Part shown: positions 44,401 to 51,998 of the stretch, piece by piece
Layout of the letters: the number at the start of each line of letters is the position of its first letter
Numbering within the stretch: the first letter of the stretch is position 1
Source: a virus
DNA: 64,000 nucleotides
IMG/VR virus record: IMGVR_UViG_3300044732_001099
Span: 1-64,000 of that record
Reading direction: 5' to 3' (one strand)
Program-made: the position numbers and the translations under genes
Notes under the pieces: model-generated
Told to the model about the DNA's origin: nothing
What the model saw: only the letters and a program-made list of their open reading frames with translations
Database searches by the model: none

Positions 44401-47400
44401 ATAAAAATAGTGACATTTTTGATAGTATGGTCTCATTTCTTATCAATAATGTAGGATATGATGAGGCATTTATAAATACCGCAATAGCAACGGCTCAAAC
44501 AGAAAACAAAGGTGATGTTTTGCTATCTATGATTAGAAATATCAATATCAATAACATTAGTAAAGAGATTTCTAAAAAACACAATATCCTTAAAAATGTA
44601 CTTGATAACTTCATTGTAAACAATCTTGATGAAATTACAGATAACGAGTTTAAAGCTGAAATAGAAAAAGCGCTTAACTCTAAAGATGTTCAAGCATCAT
44701 ACGATATTGTTAACAGCATAGCTAGCATGTCGCCTATTGATAATTTGGCTAATATTAACGAAGAAAGCAAAGCATTGTCCGAGAAGTACAAACAGTTTTT
44801 TAAAGATCTAAAATCATATAAAGACAATCTCAAAAAGAATAAAAATCTTGCTAGAAAAACCGATCCTAGTTACATTAATGAAGTATATCTTGTCACAAAA
44901 TATGCTATGCTTGGTGATATTATGAGCGATTTAGTTAAGGTTGCTAACATCAATCAGTTTAAACAATCCAAAGCTTATGATCAAAAGAAATTTGAAAACG
45001 ATTTTACGTTTGCCACTGGTTATACTATTGATGAACTTATTGGTATCTATGACAGATTTAACAGCTGGAAAAAAGACAATGGAGAAAGCAGCACAATAGG
45101 TGATTACTTTGACGCTAATCCCAATGAGAAAAAACCTATTGAAGCAGTAAGAGATACAGCTTTTAAAACAAAAGCACACACTATGGCTCAAGTTGATTTT
45201 TCTTATATGAGAGATAGCATAGAGTCACCTGTAACCGGAGAAGTAATAAACTACTACGAAGACTATCACAAGATATTTGATTTTGCATCTATACTTCTTT
45301 CTAGGCCAGATGTAATGGAAAGCTTTAGAGCATCACAAATGTTTAAAGACATTAATTCTTCAATATTTAACATAGAGTCTACGGAAATACAATCTATGAT
45401 AGACACTATAACAGATAACATTGCTTACGATATACTGCCAGAAGCTAAAAGCATAGTTTTAAAAGAAGAGATTAGTAAGTATTTTGTCCATTTGTATCTT
45501 TCCGAAATCAACAACAATGGTTTTGAATCAAAAGTAAAAGAAGATATTTTTAAAGCATTAGAAAAGTTTAATATTCTTACGCTTCCAATGACAGCTGGTT
45601 TAGCAACGTCAAATGGAATGATGCATAATATTGGCAATCCTATTGGTGTAAGAAACTTTATTTCAAACTTTCCTGAGTTTTTTGATACAGTAATAAGACA
45701 ATCAGAAATGCAAAGGTTGAAAGAAATGGGTAGTAAGTTTACTGCACAAGACCTTGAATCTGCGTATGAGTTTATAGACAGAATAGAAAAGTATTCATAC
45801 AACCGTATGGATTATCTTGAAGTGCAAAAATCAAGAGTACAAAATGCTAATGAAAATGAGATGCTCAGAGATGGCTTTAATAAGCTGTCAAATGAAACAC
45901 AAACATTGTTATCATTGTACCATATTCTTAAGAACCAGTTTGATACAAGTAGATCGTTTTTTGGTGAAGTATTGCCTAAAAAGTTTCTTATCGATTACTC
46001 TAAGTTTTTAAAAGAAGTATTACCTACTAAAGAAATAAGTCAGGATTTGAATAATATTTCAGACATGATTTTGTCTAATACAAGTCTTGATTTGCTTAAA
46101 AATGAAAAACGCATTTACAAAGATGGTAAAGAGTTTTCACAGGCCCCGGCAGCTTGGTATGGTGTAGCCAAGCATTATAAAAAAACAATACAAACGCAAA
46201 AATCTAAAGTAGGCACGACAATAAGAACATTTGCTCTTGCTACTACTAATGGCATAAATGGAGTTGCGCTTACCCAGGGTTCTGCAACTAGAACATCATT
46301 GTCTAATGTAGTTCCGTTTGATTCTGTAATCAATATGTACAATGATACAGATGCAATGGGTAATCCTATTACGATATCACTTAGTTACACTCCGACAATA
46401 CTAAGAAACTTAAATATACCAATGTCATTCTCATTGGATTTAAGGCCACACGCTTACATCAAAAATATATTGCATGGGCATTTAGAAAATGACATACAAA
46501 ACGCTATTAAAAGGCAGACACAAGAAGGCGTAGAACTTACTCCACAGGATGTATTGCAGATAGTTAATGATGTTATGTCAAGAGATTTAAACAATGTTTA
46601 TAACAAAAAAGGTATTCCTGCATTGCAAGATAAGGCAACGGCAATGGATATGGAAAACTTAATAAGAAACAATGTTTTCAATATTACTGTTAACTCTATT
46701 TTGCAAAAACATGGCCCAAATGCTGATGCTGTATTGCAATCTTTAGATGGTAAAATGCTAAAAGATGAATACTACTATAGCGATATAGCTCCATCGTATA
46801 CATTGCACGCTGCATTAAATATGCTTAAAGCTGAAGGCAAACCGTTTACTATAGAAAATCTTAGAGCAATAGAATCTATACCATCAATAGAAATGTTTAG
46901 CGATACGTATGGCGTTCAATCAAACGAAGATGCTCCATTGGTAAACCTACTTGGTACCTTTGGTAATTACTTTACCAGAGAAAATGCTAGAGATTCTGGT
47001 TATGTAGTTGCCGTAAACATGAAAGGTCCAAACGGAGTAGGCACAAAAGACTTGTTTTATGAAGCAGCAAAAGAAATATTTCAAGATACAAGTTTAAAGA
47101 ACGATCAACTTAATACATTGCTTGCTAATATTCTTATAGCTGATTCTATAGGAATGTCTACAGCTGATATGAAAAATAGAATAAACTCATTGTCCACTGT
47201 ATCAACAAGCAATATAGATTTATTAAAAGAAGTTGCTTTTAAAACTTACTACAAACATGTTGATAGAAATATTGATGAAGATATAAGCAAAAGACATTCT
47301 ACTAAATACCACAACATTAATAAGAGTATTGCAGAAGGCAAAACAACGGAATTATTTGGCTCTATAAAAACAACTGTAGAAACCTTGCAAAGGTATCAAG

Positions 47401-50400
47401 AAACGCCATATGAAGTTGGTGATATGATACATTTTCCGGATGGTATAGTTGGTATTGTTACTAATGTTACATCAGAAAACAATGTAAACTATGTTATTAA
47501 CCATAAGCTTACAGACAATAGAAACATATTCAATGCACAAAGAGCTATTGTAAGTCTAGAAAACATCATGCAGAAAAATAACACAAGGTTTGCGCTTGAT
47601 GGTTTTGTTAGAACAATAGCCGGCATTATGCCAAATGTTGAGTATAGATATGTTAATGATGAAGAAGCTCGTCAAATACAAAGGTCTGAGCATGATAGTG
47701 TATCTTTCTACCAGGATGGTATTGTTTACATAAATGTAGATAAAGCTGATAGAGGTGTCGCTATTCACGAGTTTGCGCATCCATTAACATTGGCAATGCA
47801 GATAGAAAAGCCTGAACTATTTAATGCAATAGCACAACAGGTATCTCAGTCTAGTGTAATGGATTATGTAAGAAAAATGTACAAGGATGATCTTGATACT
47901 GAAGAAGCAATGATACTTGAAGCAATACCAACATATATTCAATTTAGGTATTACGCAAGATTAGCACATGAAATGTCTCCAGAAGAAAGAGCAAACTGGG
48001 AAATGTTTTTTGCCGAGGCAGGTTCTATATTTAAAGAGGCATTGATTGGTGATGTAAATGCAGAATCAAGTATTGACAATGTTGATTTTAAAACTGCTGA
48101 CCTTAACTCTATATCTGATGCTATCTTAAATGATATGCTCAAAGGCAAGGAGTTTGTAGTCAGAAATAAGGAAGCATTTAATATTGCCAGGTTCCTGCCA
48201 TATACTATGCGGGCATCATCTGCTTCATCGGTTAAGAATATAAACTTAACAAATATAGATACGTTATTTCAGCGAAAGTCGCACAATACAAAGGATGACA
48301 AAGCTAGAAGACAAATAATGGACTCTATCCAAGGAAATACTTTCTCTGGACTTTCGGGTACCTATGACTTGACTATGAGAAATAAAGATTTCTATGATTC
48401 TAATGGTAATTACGATCAAAAACGCAAAGAAAAGTTTATTACTCAAATAGTTGAAAATGAAATGGCATTTTATGGTGGTATTGAAAAAAATATCATCCAG
48501 TTCTTAGACGAACTTCAAACACTTGAACCATTAGCTGCAGCAAAGCAATCATTGTTTGCATCCTGGAATAAGCGCTACGATTTACCTAATGCTACAGAAG
48601 TACAAAAAGAGCAACTTACTCAGAACGTACAAAAAATGATGAACAAACTTGGCTATAATCCAAACCTAGACCAAGCAATGATGCTAAGTGATGCGGAAAA
48701 AACACTTGGATTAAAACTGCCCAATGGTGTAAAACTTGACAACACAATTGTCATTGTTCATAACATTGGTAAGCCAGCACAAGAAATATCAATATTAAAT
48801 GTTTCTCCAGAGTACCTTAGCAATCATGGTATGGAAAAGAACAATATTGCTGCAGCATTTATTGGAGAAAACTTGACTAATAAAGAAAAGAAACGTGCTA
48901 AGAAATTACAAAAAGTAACTTTATCTAATGATAACGGCCATATTGAAGCAGTTAAAACAGCTGTAATTGCTATGGCTATTAAAAAATCTAGTCCTGGTAC
49001 GGTCATTAGAAAAGTAGGTGCTATGCATGTAAATGGTAGTAACATATCTGTAAGAAGTCGTGATGTAGATGACACTATAAGACAGATTGAGTTGCTTGTT
49101 GATAATGTTCCGCAATTGCGTGATAATCTAGAAGTGGATATAAGAGATATTGTATCTGATAAATCTTTGTACAACATGGACTTATACAAAGTACCTGTTG
49201 GAACTAGACTGCTCAACTATTTTAGAACGCTAATATCTACTTTAAAGCCTAATGATAACTATAAAAAAAGTGTACAAAACACAATAGATCAAGGTATTAA
49301 AGTATTTGAAAATGGTGATAACTCATTTTACCAAGATATTCAAAAAGCTGTATTTGGTAGAATAATGCACTTGGCAGAAGAACTAGATAGCGATGTGGCA
49401 AAGGCTGCCAACGAAGAGTATCAGTTTTTACTACAAACGTATAGAGAGTTAACTGGTTACAATGAGATTAACACTCAAAGATTTAACGAGCTTTCATTTG
49501 ATGAAAAGCTAATACAGACGGCCGATCGCTGGACAGGACAAATAAGAACATGGTTATTTGACCAAGTTGACCTTGCTTCTAGAAAAGGTGTTGATGAAAT
49601 GGTACCGTTTAACAAAGAGTTGAACAAAAGAACAAAAACACTGAACACGCTTTCTGGTAATATTTTAAATTATGGTCTTGACAAAACACATGATTTATTC
49701 AAACCATTATTTAAAAAAGCAACTGGTTATGATCAAAATGGAAAAGAAGTTCCAATATCAACTCACGAAATACATTGTGATATAAATGACGCTGAAACTG
49801 CAAGAGCATTAGCTAATAAAGAAATAACTACAGAGCAATTTGAGTTTGGAAAATGGTTGGCCGATAGTATGTATGAAGAGTTTGTTCAATATGTAATGAC
49901 TGTTGAACGCAAAAACATATCACAGCGCGCAAATATGACCGAGGTAGAGCTTAGAGCAGCAGCAGAAAATGAAGTAGCAAGACGATACAAAAGAGGTATG
50001 ATGCCTGTATTTGTACGTTCTACAGGTTCTGCTTTAAGTGAAGGCAAGTTGATGGATGCATTAAATATGTACATGAAAAATGCTGGTAGATTTATTGGTG
50101 GTGCATTGTATGAAGAGTTTACTCAAACCGAAGATGCAGAGTACCAAAAAGAATCATTCAGAAAACTTATGTCTCCATTCTGGAATCAGTTTCAAAATGC
50201 AGAACTATACGGCGGTTCATTTAGAATGAAACTTCTTGGACTAGATCTAAAGGTTAGAAATCAAGATAGATCTCTTGAAGTTATTGCTCCGGAACTACAA
50301 AACTCATTGTCATATAACCTTCAGAACATAGGCAACTATACTATGATGGCATCTAAGCGCACTAAACACATGCAAAGAGCAGTAGCATCTGCAAACATTG

Positions 50401-51995
50401 CAATGGATATGCTTAGAGGCGAAGAAGCAATGCGTGGTGTAAATACTAAAGACGCAAGAGAGCATGTAGAAAACTATATCAACAGACAGATTTATGGTAA
50501 TCTTCCAGAAATGCCTAAAGTAATGCTTGGCAACATATCTGTAAATATTGACTACATGTTAGATGCTAGTAATAGATTCATAAATATGGCGCATCTTGCT
50601 ATTAAACCTGGTGTTGCAATGAAAAACGTAGTAGCTACAACATCTAAACTTTTAATCAATGCTTTAATAAATCAGATTTCAGGCAAGAACTTTAATATAG
50701 CTAATGTTACTCGTGCTGTAGAGCAAATGTTTTCTAATGGTGAAAAAATACGAGCATTAAATGAAAAGTATCAGATTGTAAACATGAGTGAAAAAGATTT
50801 GATTAATCACTTCCAACATGTAGTAAGTAAAGCAAATGCTACTGAACCAGATGCTCAGATGATACTTAACTGGTTTGGTGATTATTACAATCAGCTTATT
50901 GGCGGTATTGCTCAAATGATTAACGATGGCACTTATGATGCACACGATGAGGAAGGCAATTACGATGAAACCAAAGACAAAAGATTTGAAGGTGAAGATG
51001 GTGAGTATATCAAAAACGCTATTATTGAACAACAATACAAAGAAGGATATCATGTTCTTGATAATGGCAAAATGACACACGCATACACTCAAAGACAAGA
51101 GAACCATGTAAAATTGCAAGTGCAAAGATTTGTTGGTGAGTTAACTGATCCTAAATACAAAAACTTAGCATCAAGTTATTCATTTGTTCGTGCTGCATCA
51201 TCAATGAGAAGCTATATGTACAACGTAGCACAAGCATGGTGGAAAAACCCTAGTCAAACAGTACATCTTGGTGGTTTTAAAGTAATTGAGGTTGATGGTA
51301 AAAAAGAACCTGTTTGGGCACCAGAACTTACAGAGGGTATGATTAACACATTAATTTATTGCGCTAAAGGTTTGAGAAATGCTGTAAAAACAGGTACATT
51401 TGATGATTATAAAAACATGTCTAGTTTCCAAAAGCGTAATCTTATAGCAATGGCTACGTTTACAGGTATCATGGCCGGTGTTTATCTTCTAGCTGATTCA
51501 ATGTTATACGATGAAGATAGAAAGAAAGTTAAAAAATACCGTTATGAAAAAGACCCTAAAACAGGTAAACGTAAAAGAGTAGATATTGATGAGCCTTGGA
51601 TTTCTGAAAGATTACTATCTATGTTGTACGATACAAAATATGATATGCCACTAAAAGGTGATTTGTCTATGACTGAAATGTTTGCCAAAAACATACTTTT
51701 AAAAGGTGTTGAAGAACAATTGTCATATGTATCTCCATACAGAATGTTCCAAGATATAGGCAATATGCCATCAACTCACATTATGCAAGCTGATAATGTA
51801 GCTCAAACATTTGTTTCTACATTGATGTTGCCTTGGACATTATACCAACAGCAAGATATTGAAGGCCTTACTAATGAACTTGATGAATATTTCTACGATT
51901 TAAGTAAGAATATGCCTCTTGGTGGTGGTTACCGTGACATACATGACACATACGATTACATGTTAAATTATATTGGTGAATCAACTAAAAAATAA
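29484..51995 (+). CDS. Giant virion RNA polymerase polyprotein (crAss-like two-barrel RNAP) with SF1 helicase-like and two zincin domains
   Basis: 7503 aa. RNAP-type motifs: FDGQSF (~41104), FLKKH (~41238), GMRTP (~43419), GSDQDVD (43530-43550) and AATDNPK (~44070). Helicase motifs: GYGGVGKST (33909), FADE, LLGDTLQ and TAVSRA. Zincins: HEISH (36939) and HEFAH (47766). Confidence 0.85.
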   Translation: MAGPDPNNNNLPEQTNNNPEPQKQQFVDPITLKLNNITEYEAKELGWTVVPMTLEDSYRVNQPSIGNMSPMQYQKLYRTYMEEDMYEAALSRRYDQNRDASYDFLQSIRRPAESKPGLPIQAHPKAWGISPENASKYQYVDSQKRLSEIGYEYGLRGTRRQVLNNEQIAESRKKYFDPKANGGLGEFKSIEAYQRSNHFGSPYRYAEDGTKKMLVMDNANKMWVEVDEDDVIAGNQLRSTWGTKEKDSGFFQHVSDSFYNGTVDLTTNMWGSMVETMGTMGKFMSGSDDVNSWQKWGRSVQNYGNAQKSKISEAAENEGMFGSWRAGFGTVSNMLPQLAAQAGIGFLTGGASAYVQALGKGGQFAARMMNGAPHMFGAIYAANGMNEEGKAAGLSDNDRMFMNLLAGGTVFAAEKFTSKFLGATGIADGFANKASREIVEQNMAKGTSEVMKKFAPTIISKTASAAEKEAAKEAASSTLGRYYLNGLKTVVATGKLGKNLGQNLLNGTQRLLSAPIRFGYTTTPKTLMGRTRGFVASAWEEGWEEEIEKRMNYWFKEAYNAGMIGIDGPDKYATPGKGMFDNTVHSKPYDEFFAGAIGGGIMGAIFGGRMKRNFSDKHAIEYALQFGGDFDKAYDALVSWKERVGFDSKITDPSDNFLSMFPETERKDIKSRNDIAFEALVEDVRAASQIIKTFKLTDPDKISRIAGGDMRLLTDTVDNLVNAKKLSTEIEGLKVQLQNTKPEDVNYKELERQIQEKEVDLKQVSKLADDVLSGKAIENYRAQTFVRGLLVNNEYNNLYNSIENETDPEVKRQKAQKAFDDSINNAETRDLWKDQEKALNLIYNSREILEQFKQSKATIEERTKQSNDFVGEFDSIDFNNPDSIIEVLQKVNGNHLQEIVGKKIDDISKKINDEREKIQVELDNDFNSVREKFGFDDVTFDDLYNKTGNDEIDAAIDEVLGKKKDKVERFSSLNGVDNEVKNAKTLLKNRGAVKYVPGGGIDTRTGEWNNGDYFTQQANQRKYKKVNKDVETEIDEKTFVSMQDAAKAQGKDSFEYNGEMFIAEDSNQIKVDGKKAVDRSTLVDDSQLFDFLEIDDVNELFLKMPTVGGMNIREELNKIAKEYDETKVLTAQMKEKLKEINKNITDQEEMLSVYKWAKMLSENKILSPVQEEYMDMQTFNEVNLPAYINKLAVDRSYFMNVAVSTLSKDDRDNKLNELKDNVIKMQAHVYNELVAELNGDDIVVNGQTVKFPGEISLDSSETEVMQAYQWMHYFIQNLTPDQKNEFKGAFDKFWSAKVESKDTVPSAQEQGMFLEGFDLMLDFEAFKNGYTTSKYYNKNNSYRELFYYHAINMMMNVDPMIAFGAISNVIDAVDASQKFELDKSKYPAGDHTAEQIMNVMIGITHLSENIKRNEANPDVAFIELLDHVKSTMKIGASREGRSNKAKGLYERVKNSSTGKYNTNGKHIKDNVMSFFGYGGVGKSTFVIKTLSEIALSLGKKNFVFIAPNIEQKNILENTVKNIFPKGVHAEFYLVSDFVKKQDQYKDYVIFADEISLYSDEEKNSIAFNYSKIGGKKISTVDNVGFIDESNTVFLLGDTLQAPPSGEIYDNSPRIEQFTQHGFNITSVKRSSFIEIYKIQTEFRRNAKNNELGPPQLFGYSYSEDDNVKKGVKLNNDKDGFLAESKAAVESGIGYIIVHSEKEYNDIINDISPDKHDRVFLMTQLNKSPQGRTLVGEVYVYMPYSTTDTKSQYNNNKLYNMYMLTAVSRASQFVSVYTGDGLGNKNSVKVSEDKIESFDDSVEAKVERKQQLWNRVSGVVKGLTAVKAVPAPVKNTNKPKAPVVQTDDLNQQEEAPKENAAANNTKGKGVKSNSNSPKKTTQVKTNNRKRKTTNKNKKQYEEQQETPEEETNEPVTAYEQNVSNQGDMPEDELNNLDGNQDTDTDHSNIESSIDNGEFGLTLKTGENNVNLVTTFVNGNPFVVVVGGTYRDKNGKIIKVTRIISNDDGTYSVKTSELKMVIPLEKFSELALSPSIDILDKYENALISFTQSGILTLFGKTIGYTPAMGPLTDKKALAAKYQEMANTTAMLYKNLGQRFEVKIDIVKGMPTVDWNGSVNTAFPYVLQVSIDNGKGFEYFTTHYLQDPQRANKTVPDNPQQENLEVYNNTLFGIVEKLYNSNRTEFYTSATKNNISASSFIGFHKDIPVMSYSQVKDMVGMYGMELTETFQGVNKNGIAETYAIAHFGNKDNGQKIIFQSVTASNMNDEQKNLMLNEVNRMRGILQNAVNQILPNEAVNKQALQGTDSIFAFNNSFALLNNAVIAQKLYTEKDAENKTTIEERLKLRLEVLNDLAAFLYPVKMLYPYKHESLVSQFRLNTKLQSGKEVTGIEYMSTVKGLFLRMPVMDISAGILLDDTKGLASKITNQQELENYTSSFAEIQSELEDILGEGIQLGIIKSDLYHGFVDKLGKIHMNMHNSAFNPKTLSHEISHYVSEFLITDEYQAVLFDEVDKKYGVTQKQGNWRNDLDARRTVAEHLADDGERYKSDRRNLKGISKVMRSFFDWFNRFMSRIGIINDKINDFYYDLYVAKKYKSLSGMALNTVRDEMPYDSLYSRIIYDDSSFNTVANNFFYDNQIARQVANNVAEIAAKEVIMPSMNRRMFLDGAMSFTDMINRIENNSREKVMYDTDENGNTIYKEQVINGKSMFLPVIRELTVDYTRPFLRWNYNATDENGNSVTGLHLQYYDESIKGYKTAVPNSQGVFFTEKRQREEFRRLLQKSVDEFEIETVNGLVSVVDKTVEGKMKLKGIISNKDKVLYKNAMLLNSKVFKAMINRIFPSLDVDTIINRDGQVRYSDILESLIRVQDANIRKNEEDTNPMDKQSDIMKLMLNTIPVYQFLPDGSVVEMRGKKLNYEVANKILTDIHSNLWIGNSQDGIEAFAKSMEMFINSKMMNNTNPTELNSDAKFISAYSIYKTYFDPQAKQRTDKYYYPSHTRIYNWNKQLSNKTRGTKDYQDALDRFYAEYLTAVNTEKESDETIRKQTPLTKDEFELNIAKRSKLSETILNSVITHFGSLTSNKFENVKKYGKGKRTTFVSMAKQSSSAHDTKLKLEQSIISNLQINGGLMPDRYVDLFINRKRPLKVKEGQEKANSYFTMTDRGIRYRHKTNDSSDLGVIIMPMENGKFRNMTPNEINKLTQYAKGAQTNISGIIRKVFTDFFNMSKSSTAKNAAKVLSVPKVGSNAHGIETLSDVLAPLIASMYVYTVERTVDPNQITAKQPVYPLYNQALQNTAKDSGQKENYGKITDSTIDSILDKDAGSNILKDGEEYFFPTGFYKELQALAEIMTYNENNPTILSLDGRRKLYTIGNSHNFNYKFSNGKNDALVEKFEEVVKGPHTNPNARGNKILNPILERKGVISSTPYMMGIDSTGKTAELKNMTVQDNLHAALANFTKNENQKALTYNISPVLIPVNNGGNRGRQHLFEVRLGHFNGNGNGFLTKQTIDNVDTFKLDVRNITSQLKRGFAIKEEAQVHSINRWMNFLMNPANNKITNNASSYFASLGLGLSPIDTTIPGWKAQRDATVAKLVEYLKNYDAWIIDDDVVGFEGSGLRLGSDFLIIKANKNDKGGRLYLGHDASMMNKVLTRNEDGTQKFRSIAQQLFNYSNYNNTVTIDVDDNNQITFALHEVLRTDDFNNEQIYVNYIDNLGLTQTYMFTDDDLQKIVDSLFEKHYKETNEIALADGYKMTSENVFDLYPYEDEIKVVDGINIYGTTPSVIWKGLIIGHAMVNYFSDHAIEGTEANHLSSVVYENETGSIAYGVNRNKRALSHTSTGFTPSFKTHNGMDEESRIMIIKDLKVNASISTLLGEINKEHIVFDGQSFNNPFSMEMYFNSIGGNNGSLNRRIQKSIAQQFNYKDGSTFLKKHAGFIVSKSMMDSSVDMANMFEYMLNPALRLVIKGEDLNKISFLKKSDIDNLANDSLYQRYLIYFDQSATETALKQTLSNINSKFGNLKTMLEGSLKYKNNAPAVDSILADWKNSQFNDTIVGQYDFIGKVLADTNNQGMLSQEGEKDHSRAIEMLVDFYADYRAKNPDTYKTKYPYLSSIQFTGNKKDQTKDFEMPFVAFNKSAGATHSDANGQFNQGRPMPMFVKDGDAAPTNFYELVDYWKNQTEDAPYDKWTYMFDNTQEITQLNPEREIDDNEESPMVQAMSIILANPNSLNTGLAQEIATDLSSLMRVGLENVMRFITNEGKWSEDVDQRIKDLKIQTGAISSETGVGLSNKEIATIENFVKSKIKKSMSQSDDTTMLSEIISDDQISLNVSHGAVTRAQQYVAAFLRKEAVKRKVDAMRLVQAGGNFIDIVEHKETGEVFMLAEAYKHAAKMGVSFDSLFDVNSVRGLKHTTIDTKPDLSVEQLAQVRAIDTIMNQAIAENPANEKQIKKDFSRIKMKYLAEQNLLDVSKGEAIVPAVMFKKFNIPGNVGLNEIFRLYGKKDGIVSETNLMEASSDYNATKELIQNYVNDNISFEMKYNSNGKPRVEVLYNENQSGLNTYFEMMFVDGLNKYLKDNYKKFGSIYAKVDKEMELKHGDSYRAMKEGSLEKSVEDIKQELRTRLAEESTAFAQSEITNLVDKYTDAITSVAITLKDNIGMRTPSGPGSGFINNIVGFINDASSVGYVNTIKNLIDGSDQDVDQFTIYYLSSTMLDSGKMSILEYNNWKDKQKKDGNYNVLSDEEAKVINNRLIRHLQRYYSDPLNAELTMAAIDLDPVKKAADGTYRELFKDGDLAHNIGHSFVYRNIAMDGQAVGPFANAQKLQTLLYSGYSMNQRRGIDSSIYNFKINKVENAIGQLEDEYSKVPVYMEMLINAATDNPKLLILGAMNITMNNADMASAMMFAPKDIHDYMRSMPGNENMNEVDAVLNFLKLDANKDIFNYVKSNSGMYNGGFSRSYYNTAYNYYKKLQAHGSEYEEQYKNNLNKNSDIFDSMVSFLINNVGYDEAFINTAIATAQTENKGDVLLSMIRNININNISKEISKKHNILKNVLDNFIVNNLDEITDNEFKAEIEKALNSKDVQASYDIVNSIASMSPIDNLANINEESKALSEKYKQFFKDLKSYKDNLKKNKNLARKTDPSYINEVYLVTKYAMLGDIMSDLVKVANINQFKQSKAYDQKKFENDFTFATGYTIDELIGIYDRFNSWKKDNGESSTIGDYFDANPNEKKPIEAVRDTAFKTKAHTMAQVDFSYMRDSIESPVTGEVINYYEDYHKIFDFASILLSRPDVMESFRASQMFKDINSSIFNIESTEIQSMIDTITDNIAYDILPEAKSIVLKEEISKYFVHLYLSEINNNGFESKVKEDIFKALEKFNILTLPMTAGLATSNGMMHNIGNPIGVRNFISNFPEFFDTVIRQSEMQRLKEMGSKFTAQDLESAYEFIDRIEKYSYNRMDYLEVQKSRVQNANENEMLRDGFNKLSNETQTLLSLYHILKNQFDTSRSFFGEVLPKKFLIDYSKFLKEVLPTKEISQDLNNISDMILSNTSLDLLKNEKRIYKDGKEFSQAPAAWYGVAKHYKKTIQTQKSKVGTTIRTFALATTNGINGVALTQGSATRTSLSNVVPFDSVINMYNDTDAMGNPITISLSYTPTILRNLNIPMSFSLDLRPHAYIKNILHGHLENDIQNAIKRQTQEGVELTPQDVLQIVNDVMSRDLNNVYNKKGIPALQDKATAMDMENLIRNNVFNITVNSILQKHGPNADAVLQSLDGKMLKDEYYYSDIAPSYTLHAALNMLKAEGKPFTIENLRAIESIPSIEMFSDTYGVQSNEDAPLVNLLGTFGNYFTRENARDSGYVVAVNMKGPNGVGTKDLFYEAAKEIFQDTSLKNDQLNTLLANILIADSIGMSTADMKNRINSLSTVSTSNIDLLKEVAFKTYYKHVDRNIDEDISKRHSTKYHNINKSIAEGKTTELFGSIKTTVETLQRYQETPYEVGDMIHFPDGIVGIVTNVTSENNVNYVINHKLTDNRNIFNAQRAIVSLENIMQKNNTRFALDGFVRTIAGIMPNVEYRYVNDEEARQIQRSEHDSVSFYQDGIVYINVDKADRGVAIHEFAHPLTLAMQIEKPELFNAIAQQVSQSSVMDYVRKMYKDDLDTEEAMILEAIPTYIQFRYYARLAHEMSPEERANWEMFFAEAGSIFKEALIGDVNAESSIDNVDFKTADLNSISDAILNDMLKGKEFVVRNKEAFNIARFLPYTMRASSASSVKNINLTNIDTLFQRKSHNTKDDKARRQIMDSIQGNTFSGLSGTYDLTMRNKDFYDSNGNYDQKRKEKFITQIVENEMAFYGGIEKNIIQFLDELQTLEPLAAAKQSLFASWNKRYDLPNATEVQKEQLTQNVQKMMNKLGYNPNLDQAMMLSDAEKTLGLKLPNGVKLDNTIVIVHNIGKPAQEISILNVSPEYLSNHGMEKNNIAAAFIGENLTNKEKKRAKKLQKVTLSNDNGHIEAVKTAVIAMAIKKSSPGTVIRKVGAMHVNGSNISVRSRDVDDTIRQIELLVDNVPQLRDNLEVDIRDIVSDKSLYNMDLYKVPVGTRLLNYFRTLISTLKPNDNYKKSVQNTIDQGIKVFENGDNSFYQDIQKAVFGRIMHLAEELDSDVAKAANEEYQFLLQTYRELTGYNEINTQRFNELSFDEKLIQTADRWTGQIRTWLFDQVDLASRKGVDEMVPFNKELNKRTKTLNTLSGNILNYGLDKTHDLFKPLFKKATGYDQNGKEVPISTHEIHCDINDAETARALANKEITTEQFEFGKWLADSMYEEFVQYVMTVERKNISQRANMTEVELRAAAENEVARRYKRGMMPVFVRSTGSALSEGKLMDALNMYMKNAGRFIGGALYEEFTQTEDAEYQKESFRKLMSPFWNQFQNAELYGGSFRMKLLGLDLKVRNQDRSLEVIAPELQNSLSYNLQNIGNYTMMASKRTKHMQRAVASANIAMDMLRGEEAMRGVNTKDAREHVENYINRQIYGNLPEMPKVMLGNISVNIDYMLDASNRFINMAHLAIKPGVAMKNVVATTSKLLINALINQISGKNFNIANVTRAVEQMFSNGEKIRALNEKYQIVNMSEKDLINHFQHVVSKANATEPDAQMILNWFGDYYNQLIGGIAQMINDGTYDAHDEEGNYDETKDKRFEGEDGEYIKNAIIEQQYKEGYHVLDNGKMTHAYTQRQENHVKLQVQRFVGELTDPKYKNLASSYSFVRAASSMRSYMYNVAQAWWKNPSQTVHLGGFKVIEVDGKKEPVWAPELTEGMINTLIYCAKGLRNAVKTGTFDDYKNMSSFQKRNLIAMATFTGIMAGVYLLADSMLYDEDRKKVKKYRYEKDPKTGKRKRVDIDEPWISERLLSMLYDTKYDMPLKGDLSMTEMFAKNILLKGVEEQLSYVSPYRMFQDIGNMPSTHIMQADNVAQTFVSTLMLPWTLYQQQDIEGLTNELDEYFYDLSKNMPLGGGYRDIHDTYDYMLNYIGESTKK

Positions 51996-51998
51996 AAT

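Noticed and set aside
29484-51995. Inteins or introns explaining the size of the RNAP gene
   Set aside because: No intein splice-junction pair or homing-endonuclease motif was recognised by eye and the frame is uninterrupted; an HMM search is needed to exclude them fully.
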